A stretch of 64,000 nt of DNA. It comes from Octopus vulgaris. Taxonomy: Eukaryota. Below the pieces are notes generated by a model. It searched no databases, was not told the origin of the DNA, and saw only the letters and a program-made list of their open reading frames with translations. Numbering within the stretch: position 1 is the first letter of the stretch; each line of letters starts with the position of its first letter. A program made the position numbers and the translations under genes. Below are positions 24,337-37,867 of this stretch, in pieces. The DNA is taken from contig OX597832.1 of NCBI GenBank assembly GCA_951406725.2, positions 44,702,001 through 44,766,000 of the forward strand, in the 5' to 3' direction.

Positions 24337-24752
24337 CTCTTTTTACTCTTTTACTTGTTTCAGTCATTTGACTGCGGCCATGCTGGAGCACTGCCTTTAA
24401 TCGAGCAACTCGACCCCGGCACTTATTCTTTGTAAGCCCAGTACTTATTCTATCGGTCTGTTTTGCCGAACCGCTAAGTGACGGGGACGTAAACACACCA
24501 GCATTGGTTGTCAAGCAATGCTAGAGGGACAAACACAGACACACAAACACACACACGCGCATATATATATATATATATACATATATACAACGGGTTTCTT
24601 TCAGTTCCCGTCTACCAAATCCACTCACAAGGCTTTGGTCGGCCCGAGGCTATAGTAGAAGACACTTGCCCAAGGTGCCACGCAGTGGGACTGAACCCGG
24701 AACCATGTGGTTGGTAAACAAGCTACTTACCACACAGCCACTCCTGCGCCTA
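24337..24752 (-). mobile_element. SINE family A, full length
   Basis: Reverse complement of the 18387-18804 type. Confidence 0.92.
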
Positions 24753-25807
24753 TGTATTCTTTATCTTCAAACACCAAATGGAAAGTGAGTATTCACAACA
24801 GGGCCATTGAGTCACAATTTGTTTACGAACAATTTAATCATGGGGGAAAAAGGAGCAAAAATAAATATTTACAAATAATACACGCTTTAACGTTAGAAGA
24901 TAGCAATCATGACCATTTAATTCTATACATTTAACAAATTTTATACATTTTAATGATGTATGAGATGAATTAGTAAAGTTGTTAGAGCATCAATGAACAT
25001 GCCTTGCAGTATTTGTCCTGAGTTCTGAGTTCAAACCCTGCTGAGGTTAACATTGACTTTTATCCTTTCATCATCATCATCATCATTTGCCCTTCCTAAC
25101 GCCAACTACTCCGTGAGTGTAGTGGGTGCTTTTTACGTGCCACCCGCACAGGTGCCAGACGGAGCTGGCAAACGGCCACAGACGGATGGTGCTTTTTACG
25201 TGCCATTATTAGTCAAGTACTTGTCTGTCTCCACCCCCCCCCCTTTCTCTCTCTCTCTCTCACCTTTCTTTTTGAACAATACATTATTTCAAAGGGTTCA
25301 GCCTTATCACATTATGTAACTTAATTTGGCCTGAAAATTGTGTTCAGGGTAGGAAAGGCTCTGGAATACTCAACCTTTATACATTAATTTCACATGTAAC
25401 ATAGTTGATCAAACATCTGAATGCTTATTACAGAGACCGTCAGAGGCTGCACCACCGTGTGTGTGTGTATGTGTGTGTATAAATTCTAACTAAAATTGGC
25501 AACGTAGGAAAACACTCTCGATTACTAAATTAAATAAATAACCATTACTGAAAATTGTTTTTTTTTTTTTTAAATTTCTTTTTCTTGTTTTTACCGTAGT
25601 TAATGATCTATCAAGCAATTAAAGTTATCTTTCATATCAATAATCAATCACACACCAAATGTAAAAATCAAAGCAAACGTTATTCAAAATTATTCCTCCT
25701 TCCTCTCTCTCTCTCTCTCTCTCTTTGCATACAATGTCTGATCAAAGGGAATAGTTGTAAAAATTCCATTAAGAAAAAGTTGTTAGGGTTTCATAAGAAT
25801 GAATAAG

Positions 25808-25815
<8 letters not shown>

Positions 25816-25906
<91 letters not shown>

Positions 25907-25920
25907 GAGAGAGAGAGAGA
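25816..25920. repeat. Long (GA)n microsatellite
   Basis: About 100 bp of near-perfect GA dinucleotide. Confidence 0.97.
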
Positions 25921-26489
25921 AACAAAGTAAATCTAGAATATAGTCATTAAAAATGCATGATTTCTAATTTGTTGCTTTCATGTACAACCATTTTTCTTAC
26001 AAGAGGTCAAAAGCATGAGTATCAATTTCCATAATTGAAGCAAGTTTCACTTTATCTTCTCTCTACTGAAATGAAATGAATTTTTTTGAACTTGCAGAAA
26101 GATTAAACCCCATTTCATTATAGGTGTTAAATGTGTGTTTGCGATAAATATTAAGCTAATAGTTGAAAAAAAAAAAAAAAATCAAGGTGTAGAATTGGCA
26201 GAATTGTTAAAGTATTGAATAAATACAATGCCTTGTATTTATTCTGAGTTTCTGCATTCTCAGTTCAAATTGCATTCAGATCAGTTTTGCCTTTTATCTT
26301 TTCAGAAGTCAATAAAAAAAAAAAAAAATGACCTTTCCAGACCCGGGGAGATGAAGTGGCGGAACTTCAAAAAGAGTTGGGTGAGATGCCTTGGAGTACG
26401 TGTCTTGACTCATTGTGTTCTGATTACAATGCCTGCAATGGTATTCATGCCAAGTTGTATTGGCCCAAATTGGTGGCCTTTCCCTTGGA

Positions 26490-26717
26490 TTAACCCTTTA
26501 GTTACCAACCCGGCTGAAACCGGCTCTGGTTCTGAATACAAATGTCTTGTTTTCATAAGTTTTCAATTAAAATCTTCCACCAAACCTTAGTCACAGTTTA
26601 TGTTCCTAACTCTAGCTTAATGATAACTAAGTTATTTTACTAAATTATTTCTCATATTTAAAGTAATTGAAAGAAACACAGGGCATCTCAAAATAAATAC
26701 AGTAACGAGAGGGTTAA
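26490..26717 (+). mobile_element. piggyBac-type MITE family P2
   Basis: TTAA|CCCT...AGGG|TTAA termini; body matches 54083-54313. Confidence 0.9.
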
Positions 26718-27722
26718 TAAGAGTGGTGTGGACTGGACCAGAGAGACTTGTATACCTGGGCTACAGCTCATCTTGCTCAAAAATTCTTGTCCAAGTTGTA
26801 CACACATATGTATATGCATGGCCAGTATTGTCTAACAGAGGCCTTACATTTCAAAAATCCAAATACAAATAAATAGATATATCATCATCATTATCATGAT
26901 CATTTAATGTCCGTTTTCCATGCTAGCATGGGTTGGACTAAATAAATAGATATATCTTATCTTCAATTTTTCATTTTTCCTTTTGCTGCTGTTCTTGTAT
27001 GCATTACCTTACCCCATTCAATACAGGTCAAATATCAGAATGTTGGTTTTAAGTTCTTGGTTGCAGTTATTCCACTTCCATTGAGAAGAAAGACTTTGTA
27101 TATAACAAATCCTAATTCTACCAGTCTCCGACATGAATTGTGCTGAAAATTTAGTGATGGATATCGCTGATTATGAAGGGTCATTCAATTGGCTATTTAT
27201 CTCCCTAACATGTGGTTATACGTAAAAATGTAGCCACGGGGCTGTTGCCTTCACCAATAATCAACATTCTTTATCTTGTTCTGTGTTTTGGCCTTGTGTT
27301 GCTGTTAGTGGAAGAAACTCCTCAGTCCAACATACAAAGTTGAACTATACAGTATAAGTCTGCATCAATCACTAAATCAGTGAATACAATTTTCAGAATT
27401 GCAGAGAAGAAAAAAAAAAGAAAATAACGTACAAACAATGGAAATATAGAAACATAGTTTTCCTTTTTACTACTTGAATCATTGAAGATTTTGACTCATC
27501 AATACTAAATAAGACTAATATACCAACAAGACCAATATACTAGCTGATGTCTTATATGAATACACCTACACAATTTAAAAACTGGTTTTATACTTATTTT
27601 GTTTCTGCTTTCTTAGGTAGAGTATATTCCATAGATTCTGACACTAGCAGACATTACTGAAGAAAGTATTTTTCTACAGTTGAGCACAAAACTGAATTAC
27701 ACCAATAAGGGAGCACTGAGAC

Positions 27723-28020
27723 CAGTGGTTCTCAACCAGGGTACATATGGCCCTTAGGGGTTCATATGGCCCTTAGGGGGTCATGTGGCCCTTGGTGGTT
27801 TATATAAGATTTTGTTTTTAAAATTTATCCACAATAAGTTGGTTGCACTTCTATAATACTCAAAATATTTTAACAATTTTTTTTTTAATGCAATTCCTAA
27901 TAATATTTAATTATAAAAATATGATGTCATTTTATTTAAACTTCAAATGGCTGTAGGGGTCCATCTGAGTAAAATAGGAATCAAAGAGGTCCACAGGCAA
28001 AAGCTGGTTGAGAAACACTG
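27723..28020. mobile_element. hAT (Charlie-like) MITE
   Basis: TIRs cagtggttctcaacc / ggttgagaaacactg; subterminal catatggcccttagggg repeats; no clean TSD. Confidence 0.75.
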
Positions 28021-28623
28021 AGCTAGATGGTCATGTGACCTGCAAGAAATACTAATCAAATCACCCCCAAACCTCACCTTGCTGTATTAAAAATGACATA
28101 TTGACTAATTGTAATCCGAGGCACATTTATCATCATAGATTCCAATTTCCCATGCTAGAGTTTATTGAAGCAGATTTTCAGTGACTGGATGCCCTTCCTA
28201 TTGCCAACTTTCACCTGCTTCTAAGCAAAGTAATATTGTTCAATGGCCAGACTTGTTTTCATAGAATATTGGAAATGAATAACAGTGCTTGTATGACAAT
28301 GACACACTCATTTACCACTAACATGTGATGCCAAGACAAGGAGATACAAATACACACACTGAGACACACACACACACGATGGGCTTGCTTCAGTTTCCAT
28401 CTGCCAAATCCACTCACAAGTCTTTGGTTGGTCTGTGGTTATAGTAGAAGACAGTGCCCAAGGTACTTCACAATGGGACTGAATCTATATGGTTGGGAAG
28501 CAAGCTTCTTAACCACACAGTACCAACTATATAACTGAAAAAAAAAAGTGGGGGGGATTGTCATGGCTAGAATGCTAAACAACAGCTGTGAATCAAGAGT
28601 CAACCAAGCATAGAATTTGAGAA

Positions 28624-28807
28624 TTAACTCTTTAGCATTCACATTATTCTGTCAAATGTAATGCTTATTTTATTTAAATTGCTTGGAATTAACTATGCCT
28701 TGTCTTGTACCCTCAAGACTGATTACGCAATTGTTACTTTTAGAATGACATTGCAGGGTAAGTGTGAGAGGCAAGATCTGCTCAGTTTGATCATAGTATA
28801 GGGTTAA
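28624..28807 (+). mobile_element. piggyBac-type MITE family P1, internal deletion
   Basis: ttaactctttagcattc...agggttaa. Confidence 0.75.
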
Positions 28808-29309
28808 AAAGAAATGTTTAAAATATACAGTGATTGTAACAGGTTCTAAATCAATGATCTTATGACAAATGAACTCAGCAACTTCACATTAAAATATTTC
28901 TACATTACACTCAAAATTCAAATATTTTGAGGGAGCATTTAATGTTCCAAAAATAAAAGTTGAATATTCGACAAACGTCACCGTATTTAATTAGTAAATT
29001 ATGCCAAAATTCTTCCAATGCAACTAACTGGATGTCTTCAGTAATGTTAATTACAGCTCTTGGCTGGTTTTTATTGAGTGGTTGAGACAAGTGGTGCTTG
29101 ATTTTATTTTTAATACTATGTAAACAAAAAAAAATCTACTGAAGTCACTTCTGGGTAAATGTAGTAAACTAGTTGAATAACATTTGAAACACTACGACTA
29201 TTACTACAACTACCACCATAACTACAACTACTACTACTACCACCACCACTACATGATTTTAGTACCAAAGAAGAAACATCTTAGTGAGTTGAATCTATGA
29301 CCTGTATAC

Positions 29310-29660
29310 ATCATCATCATTGTTTAACGTCCGTTTTCCATGCTAGCATGGGTTGGACGGTTCGACCAGGGTCTGGGAAGCCAGGGGCTGCACCAGGCTC
29401 CAGTCTGATCAGGTATTTCTACAGCTGGATGCCCTTCCTAATGCCAACCACTCCGTGAGTGTAGTGGGTGCTTTTTATGTGCTACCTGCACAGGTGCCAG
29501 GCGAGGCTAACAAAAGCCACGATCGGTTGGTGCTTTTTATGTGCCACCAGCACGGAAGCCAGTCAAGGCGGCGCTGGCATCGGCCACATTCGGATGGTGC
29601 TTTTTACGTGCCACCGGCACAGGGATCACAACTACAATTTCCATTGATTTTTGATGTTGA
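29310..29660 (-). mobile_element. SINE-like family C
   Basis: Reverse complement of the 19400-19745 type. Confidence 0.9.
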
Positions 29661-29991
29661 TGTAATTTTAAAATCATTTTGATGCACTTACACAACAACA
29701 AATGACAGTGGGAATGGCATGACGGCCATCACATGAATATCATCAGAGATTTGAATTTTCTTCTACATAAATGTGAAACTTTGTGCCAATAAATGAAATA
29801 AACAATGTATATAAAAAAAAATCACAAAAACAACATGACACAAAGAATTGATTAACTAAATCAACCAAATTGTCTTTGAGAAGTTCCAGTTCAATAAATC
29901 TGTGATTCCAGTGGGACGAACAGAACAGATTAATACCATACAAGTAATTTATACGAGGAAAAGAAGTGGGGAGGCAGTGATCAAGAACAAA

Positions 29992-30660
29992 TACAGGCAT
30001 GGCTGTGTGGTTAAGAAGCTCACTCTGTAGCTACATGGTTTTGGGTTCAATCCCACTGTACTGCACATTAGGCAAGTGTTTTCTACTATAGTTCCTGGAT
30101 GACCAAAAGCTTTGTGAGCTATTTGGTAGATGGAAACTCTGAAGAATCCTATCATGTATATATGTGTGTATATATCATGTGTGGAGGCGCAATGGCCCAG
30201 TGGTTAGGGCAGTGGACTCGCGGTCGTAGGATTGCGGTTTCGATTCCCAGACCGGGTGTTGTGTGTGTTTATTGAGCGAAAACACCTAAAAAGCTCCATG
30301 AGGCTCCGGCAGGGGGTGGTGATCCCTGCTGTACTCTTTCACCACTCTTTCTTCTGTTGGCCTGCTCGCTTAGCCAGCAGGGTGGCGTCATTTGAAGGCT
30401 AAAACAATGCGAATGCATTGTGACCAGCGATGTGTAGCAACATCTGATGGTCTGGTCGGTCACGTGATCACGTGATATATCATGTATATGTGTGTGTGTG
30501 TTTGTCCCTACACATTCATTGATGGCCAGTGTTGGTTTGCTTACATCCTCAAAACATAGAGGTTTAGCAAAAGGGACCAATAGAATAATTGCCAGACTTA
30601 AAAAAAATAAGTACTGGGATCAGAATGGCTGCAACCTGGAGCAGGTATCAAGTAAAAGAT
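29992..30660 (+). mobile_element. Old SINE family A copy split by a family D insertion
   Basis: Head at about 29992-30170, tail resumes at about 30486. Confidence 0.75.
30181..30474 (+). mobile_element. SINE family D, full length, tail type 2
   Basis: tRNA-like head ggcccagtggttagggcagtggactcgcggtc...ggtttcgattccc; 11-bp TSD atatatcatgt at 30170-30180 and 30475-30485. Confidence 0.9.
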
Positions 30661-31215
30661 GACGAAAATGTTATGGTTATAAAAATTCATTTTTAATGCT
30701 GTTCAGCTCAATTTGCTCCCCAAAATTTACTCAAATTTATAAAGTTGGAACGAAAGAGAATGAATAGAAAAACTTGTAATTGAAAATGTTAATTTGATTT
30801 TTCATTAAGTCAGATTTTGATGGAAACAAATGTAGGGTGAAGATATCTCTCAGGCTGAAATATCAAGTTGTCGATTCCTTTAGAAATCATGACCATAGCA
30901 GACCCTTCAGGACTGGTATCTCCTAGTTCAGAAATTGGTGATCATAAATGTCATTCAACCACTGAAAGTTTCAATCTAAGTAAGCTCAAGCTAAAGATGA
31001 TTAATGGCAGTGCTGTCATTATCACCATTATGAGTTCAAATTCCACCAAGGTCAACTTAGCCTTTCATCCTTGAAAAAACAAAAATGAAATAAGTAACAG
31101 TCATATATGAATCAACCCCAGGATTTATTTTTTCTAGGCCTGGTCCTTATTCTATTGGTAAACTGCTAAGTTATGGGGAGACAGATAGATAGATTAGAGT
31201 AGACAGAAAGACAGT

Positions 31216-31385
31216 AGGCGCAGGAGTGGCTGTGTGGTAAGTAGCTTGCTTACCAACCACATGGTTCCGGGTTCAGTCCCACTGCGTGACACCTTGGGCA
31301 AGTGTCTTCTACTATAGCCTCGGGCCGACCAAAGCCTTGTGAGTGGATTTGGTAGACGGAAACTGAAAGAAGCCTGTCGTATATA

Positions 31386-31420
<35 letters not shown>

Positions 31421-31640
31421 GCGTGTGTGTGTTTGTCTGTGTTTGTCCCCCTAGCATTGCTTGACAACCGATGCTGGTGTGTTTATGTCCCCGTTACTTA
31501 GCGGTTCGGCAAAAGAGACCGATAGAACAAGTACTGGGCTTACAAAAAGAATAAGTCCCGGGGTCGAGTTGCTCGATTAAAGGCGGTGCTCCAGCATGGC
31601 CGCAGTCAAATGACTGAAAAGAGTAAAAGAGTAAAAGAGA
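31216..31640 (+). mobile_element. SINE family A, full length
   Basis: aggcgcaggagtggctgtgtgg...gagtaaaagagtaaaagag. Confidence 0.92.
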
Positions 31641-32561
31641 CAGGTAGAATGTGCATGTGCACCTATGTGTTTACACTCTCTAAAAATTGCTCAGCTATGG
31701 ATGATAGGCCATCACTTGGCTTTGCACCTTCAAAGATGTGTAGAATAAAATATCCCTTACTTGAAAAACAGGTAACAGCTAATGAAGACAGGCATCAGGC
31801 TGTAAAACAATGCCACAATAATGATGTATTCATCTAACCCATGCCAGCATGGAAAAATGGACACAAAAACGAATGAACAAATGATTTCTCCCTTAGACAG
31901 TTGTTGCTATGTGCCAATGCTAGAAATCATTACTATTGTAATGAAAAATAATTAAAAAAGTTATAGAAAATTGTATATTAAATAAAAGAACAAAATGAAC
32001 ATTTCTTATTTATTTTTTGCGTTTAGGATGAGAATTATGACACAGAAGCCAGCAGTGGAGCTATTTTGATTAGAATGCAAAGATCTGGCAGGATAATCTG
32101 AGAGAATAATGAAAAAAAAAAAAAAAAATCCTGACTAATAAAATACGATAAAACAAATTGTACTGCTTGCCAATAGTATGAAAAATATGTATTTCTGAAC
32201 TGAGTATAGTTTTATAAATTTTGTTTGAGTGTATATACCTCAAGTAATATCATTATGAACACAGAAAGAACATACTTCATAATTTATACTTTCTGAGAGG
32301 AATGATAAAGAATATATATATATATATATATAGAAAAAATATTAAAAAAAAAATTTTGACAAAAAAAGAAAAAGACAAACTTGTGGTGTCTCAGATTAGC
32401 ATCTGCATAAATATAAAAAAAATAAAAACAGCATCATGAAGCAGAAGCTAGCATACAATAAAGCACACAACCATTATATAAAAAAAAAAAGTCGGGGGGG
32501 GGTAGAGAAAATGGGAAGCCAATCGATTCCAATATTGACAGAAATAAACTGAATAGAAGTC

Positions 32562-32596
<35 letters not shown>

Positions 32597-33656
32597 GCCA
32601 GTAGACAGTTAAAGGAACATTTCCAATGTCTTGAACACAGGGGGAAAAACAAAACAAAAATTACCAAGCAAAATACTACTACTACGACTAATAATAATAA
32701 TAATAATAATAATAATCGTCGTCATCAGAAAAAAGAAGAAAAATTAGGAAAAAGTCGAAAAGCATTATTCTTCCTGTTTTCTAATCAGAGAAAATATTGA
32801 GTGTACTGCAATAAACAATGCAGTACCATTGATATGAAACGACAATAAAGCTTTCTGATAGCGATGAATCAATAGGATGAACTTGTGTAATGCAGTGACT
32901 TTTTGTGTTGGATATTACAACAATCGACAGAATCTTTACAATAAGAAGAAGCACGGTTGAGTAAGGGAGACAGACATCCCAGTTACCAAGCGCTGTCAAT
33001 AACCAGTCAGTCTAACGATAATGAGACGCACTATTATTAAACGTAGCAACAAAAGTGGAAAAAAGAAAGAAGGGAGCTAAATATATCTGCGCCAACATCA
33101 TTCTTATGTATATATATATCTTACAAAGCGGGGAAAGAATTTAAAAAAAAAAAATAATAAAAATCTTCCACCTGCACTGAAGAGTAAGCGAAGAAATGAA
33201 TGACAAAAGTTTTGCTGTGGGAGAGAAACTATTAGATCACACACACACACAAATTACAGCTATTTACTAATTAATATAACTGGCTGAATCGTCAACATTA
33301 AATATCATAAGAGAGTGTAAACTGCTGTTCCTAACCAGTCCAACGAGCCTGCCTCTAAATTAATTGTGAACTAGATAACCATGTCTATGTTTACCTCCAC
33401 AGATGCAAATTATTGATTATCAGTCTATTACGTCTTAGTTTAAGTATTTTCAGCTAGGAAAAATCTATGTCTAATCACTTAATTGAATACTTATAATAGT
33501 TAAACTAGTCATAAAAAAAAGATAGTTCACACATACTACTACTTTTTTTTCTCCTCTTGTTATCCATTAGTCATCATTCCAACACTTAATTTTCAATTTC
33601 AGCTTAAGTTAGATGGGTCTGCAAAATAGCCTCCCATCCATCTTGCCATCCTTTCA

Positions 33657-34559
33657 TTTTTGAAATAAAAACTGTGGTTGAAAAATATGAAGAAATTTGT
33701 TTCTGTTGGTTAAGAACAGAGTGATTGTGTGATGGAGGAAATTTTTGAGGAAGAATGTGTCAAATTGTGTAACATTGAGTGTCGGTGAAACTTGGATAGT
33801 AAAATCATGAATTAGTTGGTTATTAGAGATAAATATATTAATTAGATGTGCATTGTAGATTTGGGAAGCATGTTGAGTGAAATGAAATGATTTAAAAACT
33901 ATGTCTAATCACAAGGCTAACTTCACGGAGTGGTTGGTGTTAGGAAGGGCATCCAGCTGTAGAAACATTGCCAGATAAGACCGGAGCCTGGTGCAGCCTT
34001 CTGGCTTCCCAGATCCTGCAGTCATTTCATACCTATTTCTTTACAACCCATGATAGCATGAAGAACGGACGTTAAACGATGATTGTAGATTTGGGAAGCA
34101 TGTTGAGTGAAATGAAATAATTTAAAAACTATGTCTAATCACAAGGTTAACTTTTTTATTTCAGAATTTTCTTACTCCATGTCTTCACTTCATGGCTGTA
34201 CTTCTTGCAGAACGTAACGGCAGACGAAATACAGTTACGCATTTCGCCCGGCGTGCTAACGTTCCTTACCAGCTCACCTCATTTCATACCACTTATTACT
34301 CTATTCAATGCAACATAGTTTTTAAATTATTTCATTTCACTCAACATGCTTCCCAAATCTACAATGCACATCTAATTAATATACTTATCTCTAATAACCA
34401 ACTAATTCATGATTTTACTATCCAAGTTTCACTGACACTCAATATTACACTCTTGGCACGTTCTTCATAAAAAATTTCCTCCATCACACAATCAATCTGT
34501 TCTTAACCAACAGAAACAAATTTCTTCATATTTTTCAACCACAGTTTTTATTTCAAAAA
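33657..34559. repeat. About 248-bp inverted duplication enclosing SINE fragments and a 72-bp direct duplication
   Basis: 33657-33904 is reverse-complementary to 34313-34559; 33852-33923 is repeated at 34082-34153. Confidence 0.92.
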
Positions 34560-34758
34560 GAATTAATTATACCATCTCCTTCATCCTCACTAATGATTCT
34601 TGCCTTGATTGTGGTAGGTGAGTCTGCTTATCCCTACAATATAAAGAGCTATACTGGCAGGAGTAAAACCCTGTCGCAGTAAATAAGAATCACCACCAAA
34701 AGCTTTGTAAAGCAGTACAACAGATGTACAGCTTTGGCAAAGGAACCGTTTACAATGG

Positions 34759-35088
34759 CAGTATTTCTCAGCATGGGCAGTTATAGCCCTACTCCCTAGG
34801 AGGCAGTGGAAAAATTTTATATGGGCACTGGCAAGAGGAGGGAGGCAAGGAAGGAGGTAGACATCTTTTAATTTTCAAACATATTTTGGATTTTTATTGT
34901 GTGTGTAAATCATCTGGTAATATGAATGGATGAAATGTTGCTGTGACATTCCAAGTAGTCTTTTAATGGTATTTAATCTGTCAGCACCAATTTTTCCAGG
35001 TTTTATTTAGCTGAATTGCAGCAATTGGGTACTGAAGTGTTAGTAACACAAAAGGGCCAATAGTTACAAAGAAGTTTGAGAAGCACTG
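34759..35088. mobile_element. Degenerate hAT-type MITE
   Basis: cagtatttctca...tgagaagcactg termini. Confidence 0.55.
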
Positions 35089-35090
35089 AT

Positions 35091-35309
35091 TTAACCCTTT
35101 AGTGTTCGCATTATTCTACCAAAATTAAGGTTTTTTCATCCACATTGTTTTGAACTAATCAGGCATTATCTTGTAGCTTTGAGAATTTGATGAGGTAGCT
35201 GTTAAATTTTTAAAGGATATTGTAGGGTTGGTGTGAGAGACCAGATCTGGCCATTTTGAACATAAAACAGGGAGAATACTTTTGGCCGATTTAAATGCTA
35301 AAGGGTTAA
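35091..35309 (+). mobile_element. piggyBac-type MITE family P1
   Basis: TTAA|CCCTTTAG...CTAAAGGG|TTAA. Confidence 0.9.
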
Positions 35310-35357
35310 AGTAATGATCAATTGGGAACTTACAATATGTTGCAAGATAACATTAAC

Positions 35358-35722
35358 ATGAGAGGCGGTTGGATGGAACCTACACTCGCCTCCTTATGAG
35401 AGCTCAAAATCTCATGGAAGCGCCATCCAACCAAAATGCAAATATATGGGAAACTACCACCTGTGTCATCTCTTGTGAAAGGTAGGAGAGTCCAGTTTGC
35501 TGGACATTGTTGTAGAGCTGAAAAAGAAGTAATTTCTACTCTTCTCCTCTGGAAGCCGTCTACTCGCAATACCAGAGGGCGTACACTCTCCTACCCTGAT
35601 GTAATCTCCAGGGATACAGGCATCCAGCAACAGGACCTCCGTAATGCCATGATGGACCGTGAAGTCTGGCGTAGCATGGTAAATTCCATTGTCTCGACCA
35701 CGGTCGAACAATGATGATGATG
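35358..35722 (+). mobile_element. RTE/RTE-X-clade LINE, 5'-truncated 3' end
   Basis: Translates, with a frameshift, RLDGTYTRLLMRAQNL/WKRHPTKMQIYGKLPPVSS..RRVQFAGHCCR..LLWKP..AMMDREVWR; (TGA)n tail; 6-bp TSD attaac. Confidence 0.85.
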
Positions 35723-36734
35723 ATTAACTAGGATTACCAATTTCCAAAAGTCAATTGTTAAACATCTATAGAATTTGCTACTACAGATGTGATTTGGCTG
35801 CAGAAAGACTTGAATCCTGGCAAGCTTGACCTGATGATAATCATTGCGATGACTTATTCTTCACATTCCTGATACTATGAGAAATTCACAATTTCAAATC
35901 CTCGGCAAATAGGAAATCTGAAGTTTCAGTTTTCTACTTGTCTACTTAAACGTCTACTCATTATTCGAAACATTCATTGAAGTAACAATACAACATTGAA
36001 TTGCTCTGCCGACTCTTTTCTTCCATCTTCCAGCTACTTTAATAACCTAAGCAGTCTACTATTCCATCAGTCACTTTAATTATACCAATTACGGTTTGTA
36101 TCCTTCTGTGCTAAAAGTACACCAACAAGCTCCTTATTTCAATATTATTATCCACCGAGAATTTATAGATATGTTCCTTCTCATCAGTTACACTGCTTAA
36201 GGTAATTCGGTACCTCATTTCCTGTACATATCTATTACTTCCCTCAATCTTACTTCTCATTATTCTTCCATTAATACTGTTGACCTAAAAACTACTAAAC
36301 AGATAAGTAAATTTCAAGAGTCTTAACTTTTCCTAATGAAAAATTACATTGTAATAAAGCATCTAATAATAGAATCCCGAGAAAGACTAAAGCATGCCTT
36401 TCCTTTTAAGTAAAAAAAAAAAATACAATTTACTTCTCAACATATTTCTCTGAAATAATCCATTAAATAAAGTAAACCATGTAAAATGCAATTTGTAATT
36501 TAATTAAAAAAAAACCCACAAAAATCCTAAATGAAAGTTTAACTACTACAAGTATCCTTCAACATCCATAATTTCTTTTAAAATATATATAAGTGTCAAA
36601 TTCTCATTTTGATGAGCAACTGCAGGGTGCACACATTTTTTTTTAGCATGCAAGCCACTTATAAAATGACCAAGTAAAAATGATCTACCAACTATAAAAA
36701 TGCAAAACATATATTTATTTATAAACGTATTGAG

Positions 36735-37160
36735 AATCGAAATCGATCAACATCAATGGAAATTGCAGCTGTGATACCAGTGCCGGTGGCACGTAAGAGA
36801 ACCATCCGAACGTGGCTGTTGCCAGCGCCGCCCTGACTGGCCTTGTGCTGGTGGCACGTAAAAAGCACCATCCGTTCGTGGCCATTGCCAGCCTCGCCTG
36901 GCTCCCATGCCAGTGGCACGTAAAAAGCACCAACCGATTGTGGCCGTTTTCCAGCCACGTCTGGCACCTGTGACGGTGGCACGTAGAAAGGACCCACTAC
37001 ACTCACGGGGTGGTTGGCGTTAGGAAGGGCATCCAGCCATAGAAACACTGCCTGATCAGACTAGGCCTGGTGCAGCCTTCTGGCTTCCCAGACCCCAGTT
37101 GAACTGTCCAACCCTTGCTAGCATGGAAAGCGGACGCTAAATGATGATGATGATGATGAT
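36735..37160 (+). mobile_element. SINE-like family C, long copy with four internal units
   Basis: aaatcgatcaacatcaatggaaattgcagctg head, four gtggcacgta units, (GAT)n tail. Confidence 0.9.
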
Positions 37161-37239
37161 TGAGGATTCTTTATATGTACAATATATGTTGGTGTACCTT
37201 GCATAACTGCATGAACCCATATTGCACAATACAACTCTG

Positions 37240-37640
37240 TATATTTTTTGTCATTACCATACTCTGATGACTTGCACTGAATGGAATCAGCCAGGTATGC
37301 ATTGTCCAGAGAGTAACTCCTGGTAGCTAACCTCAAGCACACTTGCAAATGATCATCAGTCATGGTGGAACGGTATTTGGACTTAATAATCTTTTTGTGG
37401 GGAAAGGCTGACTCATATAAATAAGTGGAGCAGAATAATACAGTCAAGGTGGTAGTACATCATCTCATGGGGTACTTTTCCTCTGAGAGTAAGTTCCAGA
37501 ACTGTCCATGGGCCTTGGACTAGAGCTGAATGTCAGCCTGTAGTGTCAAAATCTCATCCTCCACTCCAGAAGAGGTCAGGTGAAACAGTGTTGCAATTTT
37601 TGATGCAAGTGAAGCAACCTCAGCATCTTCTCGAAAACGG
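37240..37640 (-). pseudogene. hAT transposase C-terminal relic (SPIN/Buster/GTF2IRD2-like dimerisation region)
   Basis: Minus strand: DEILTLQADIQL*SKAHGQFWNLLSEEKYP..LFCSTYLYESAFPHKKIIKSKYRSTMTDDHLQVCLRLAT..ADSIQCKSSE, with stops. Confidence 0.85.
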
Positions 37641-37867
37641 TAGCACATGAATGTAGAACTGTAAAATCGACTCTAAGTAAATATTTTAAAAGTCTGGTAG
37701 TTAATCTATCAGTCTCTTTTGTTAAACCACTAAGAGTGATGTAAACAAACCAACACTGGTTGTCAAGCAGTTGTGGGGGAACACACACACACATACACAA
37801 AAGAAAAACTTCCACATAATTTCCATCTACCAAAGTGCAGTGCAGTGCAGTGGTATTGTCTCTGAAA

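Noticed and set aside
30181-30255. tRNA-Arg-like gene (also at 45704 and 5114 minus)
   Set aside because: It is a SINE head: continuous with the SINE body, bounded by TSDs, and without a proper cloverleaf acceptor stem.
32781-32999. 72-aa hydrophobic minus-strand ORF
   Set aside because: Non-ATG start, no recognisable domain, and composition expected from T-rich sequence.
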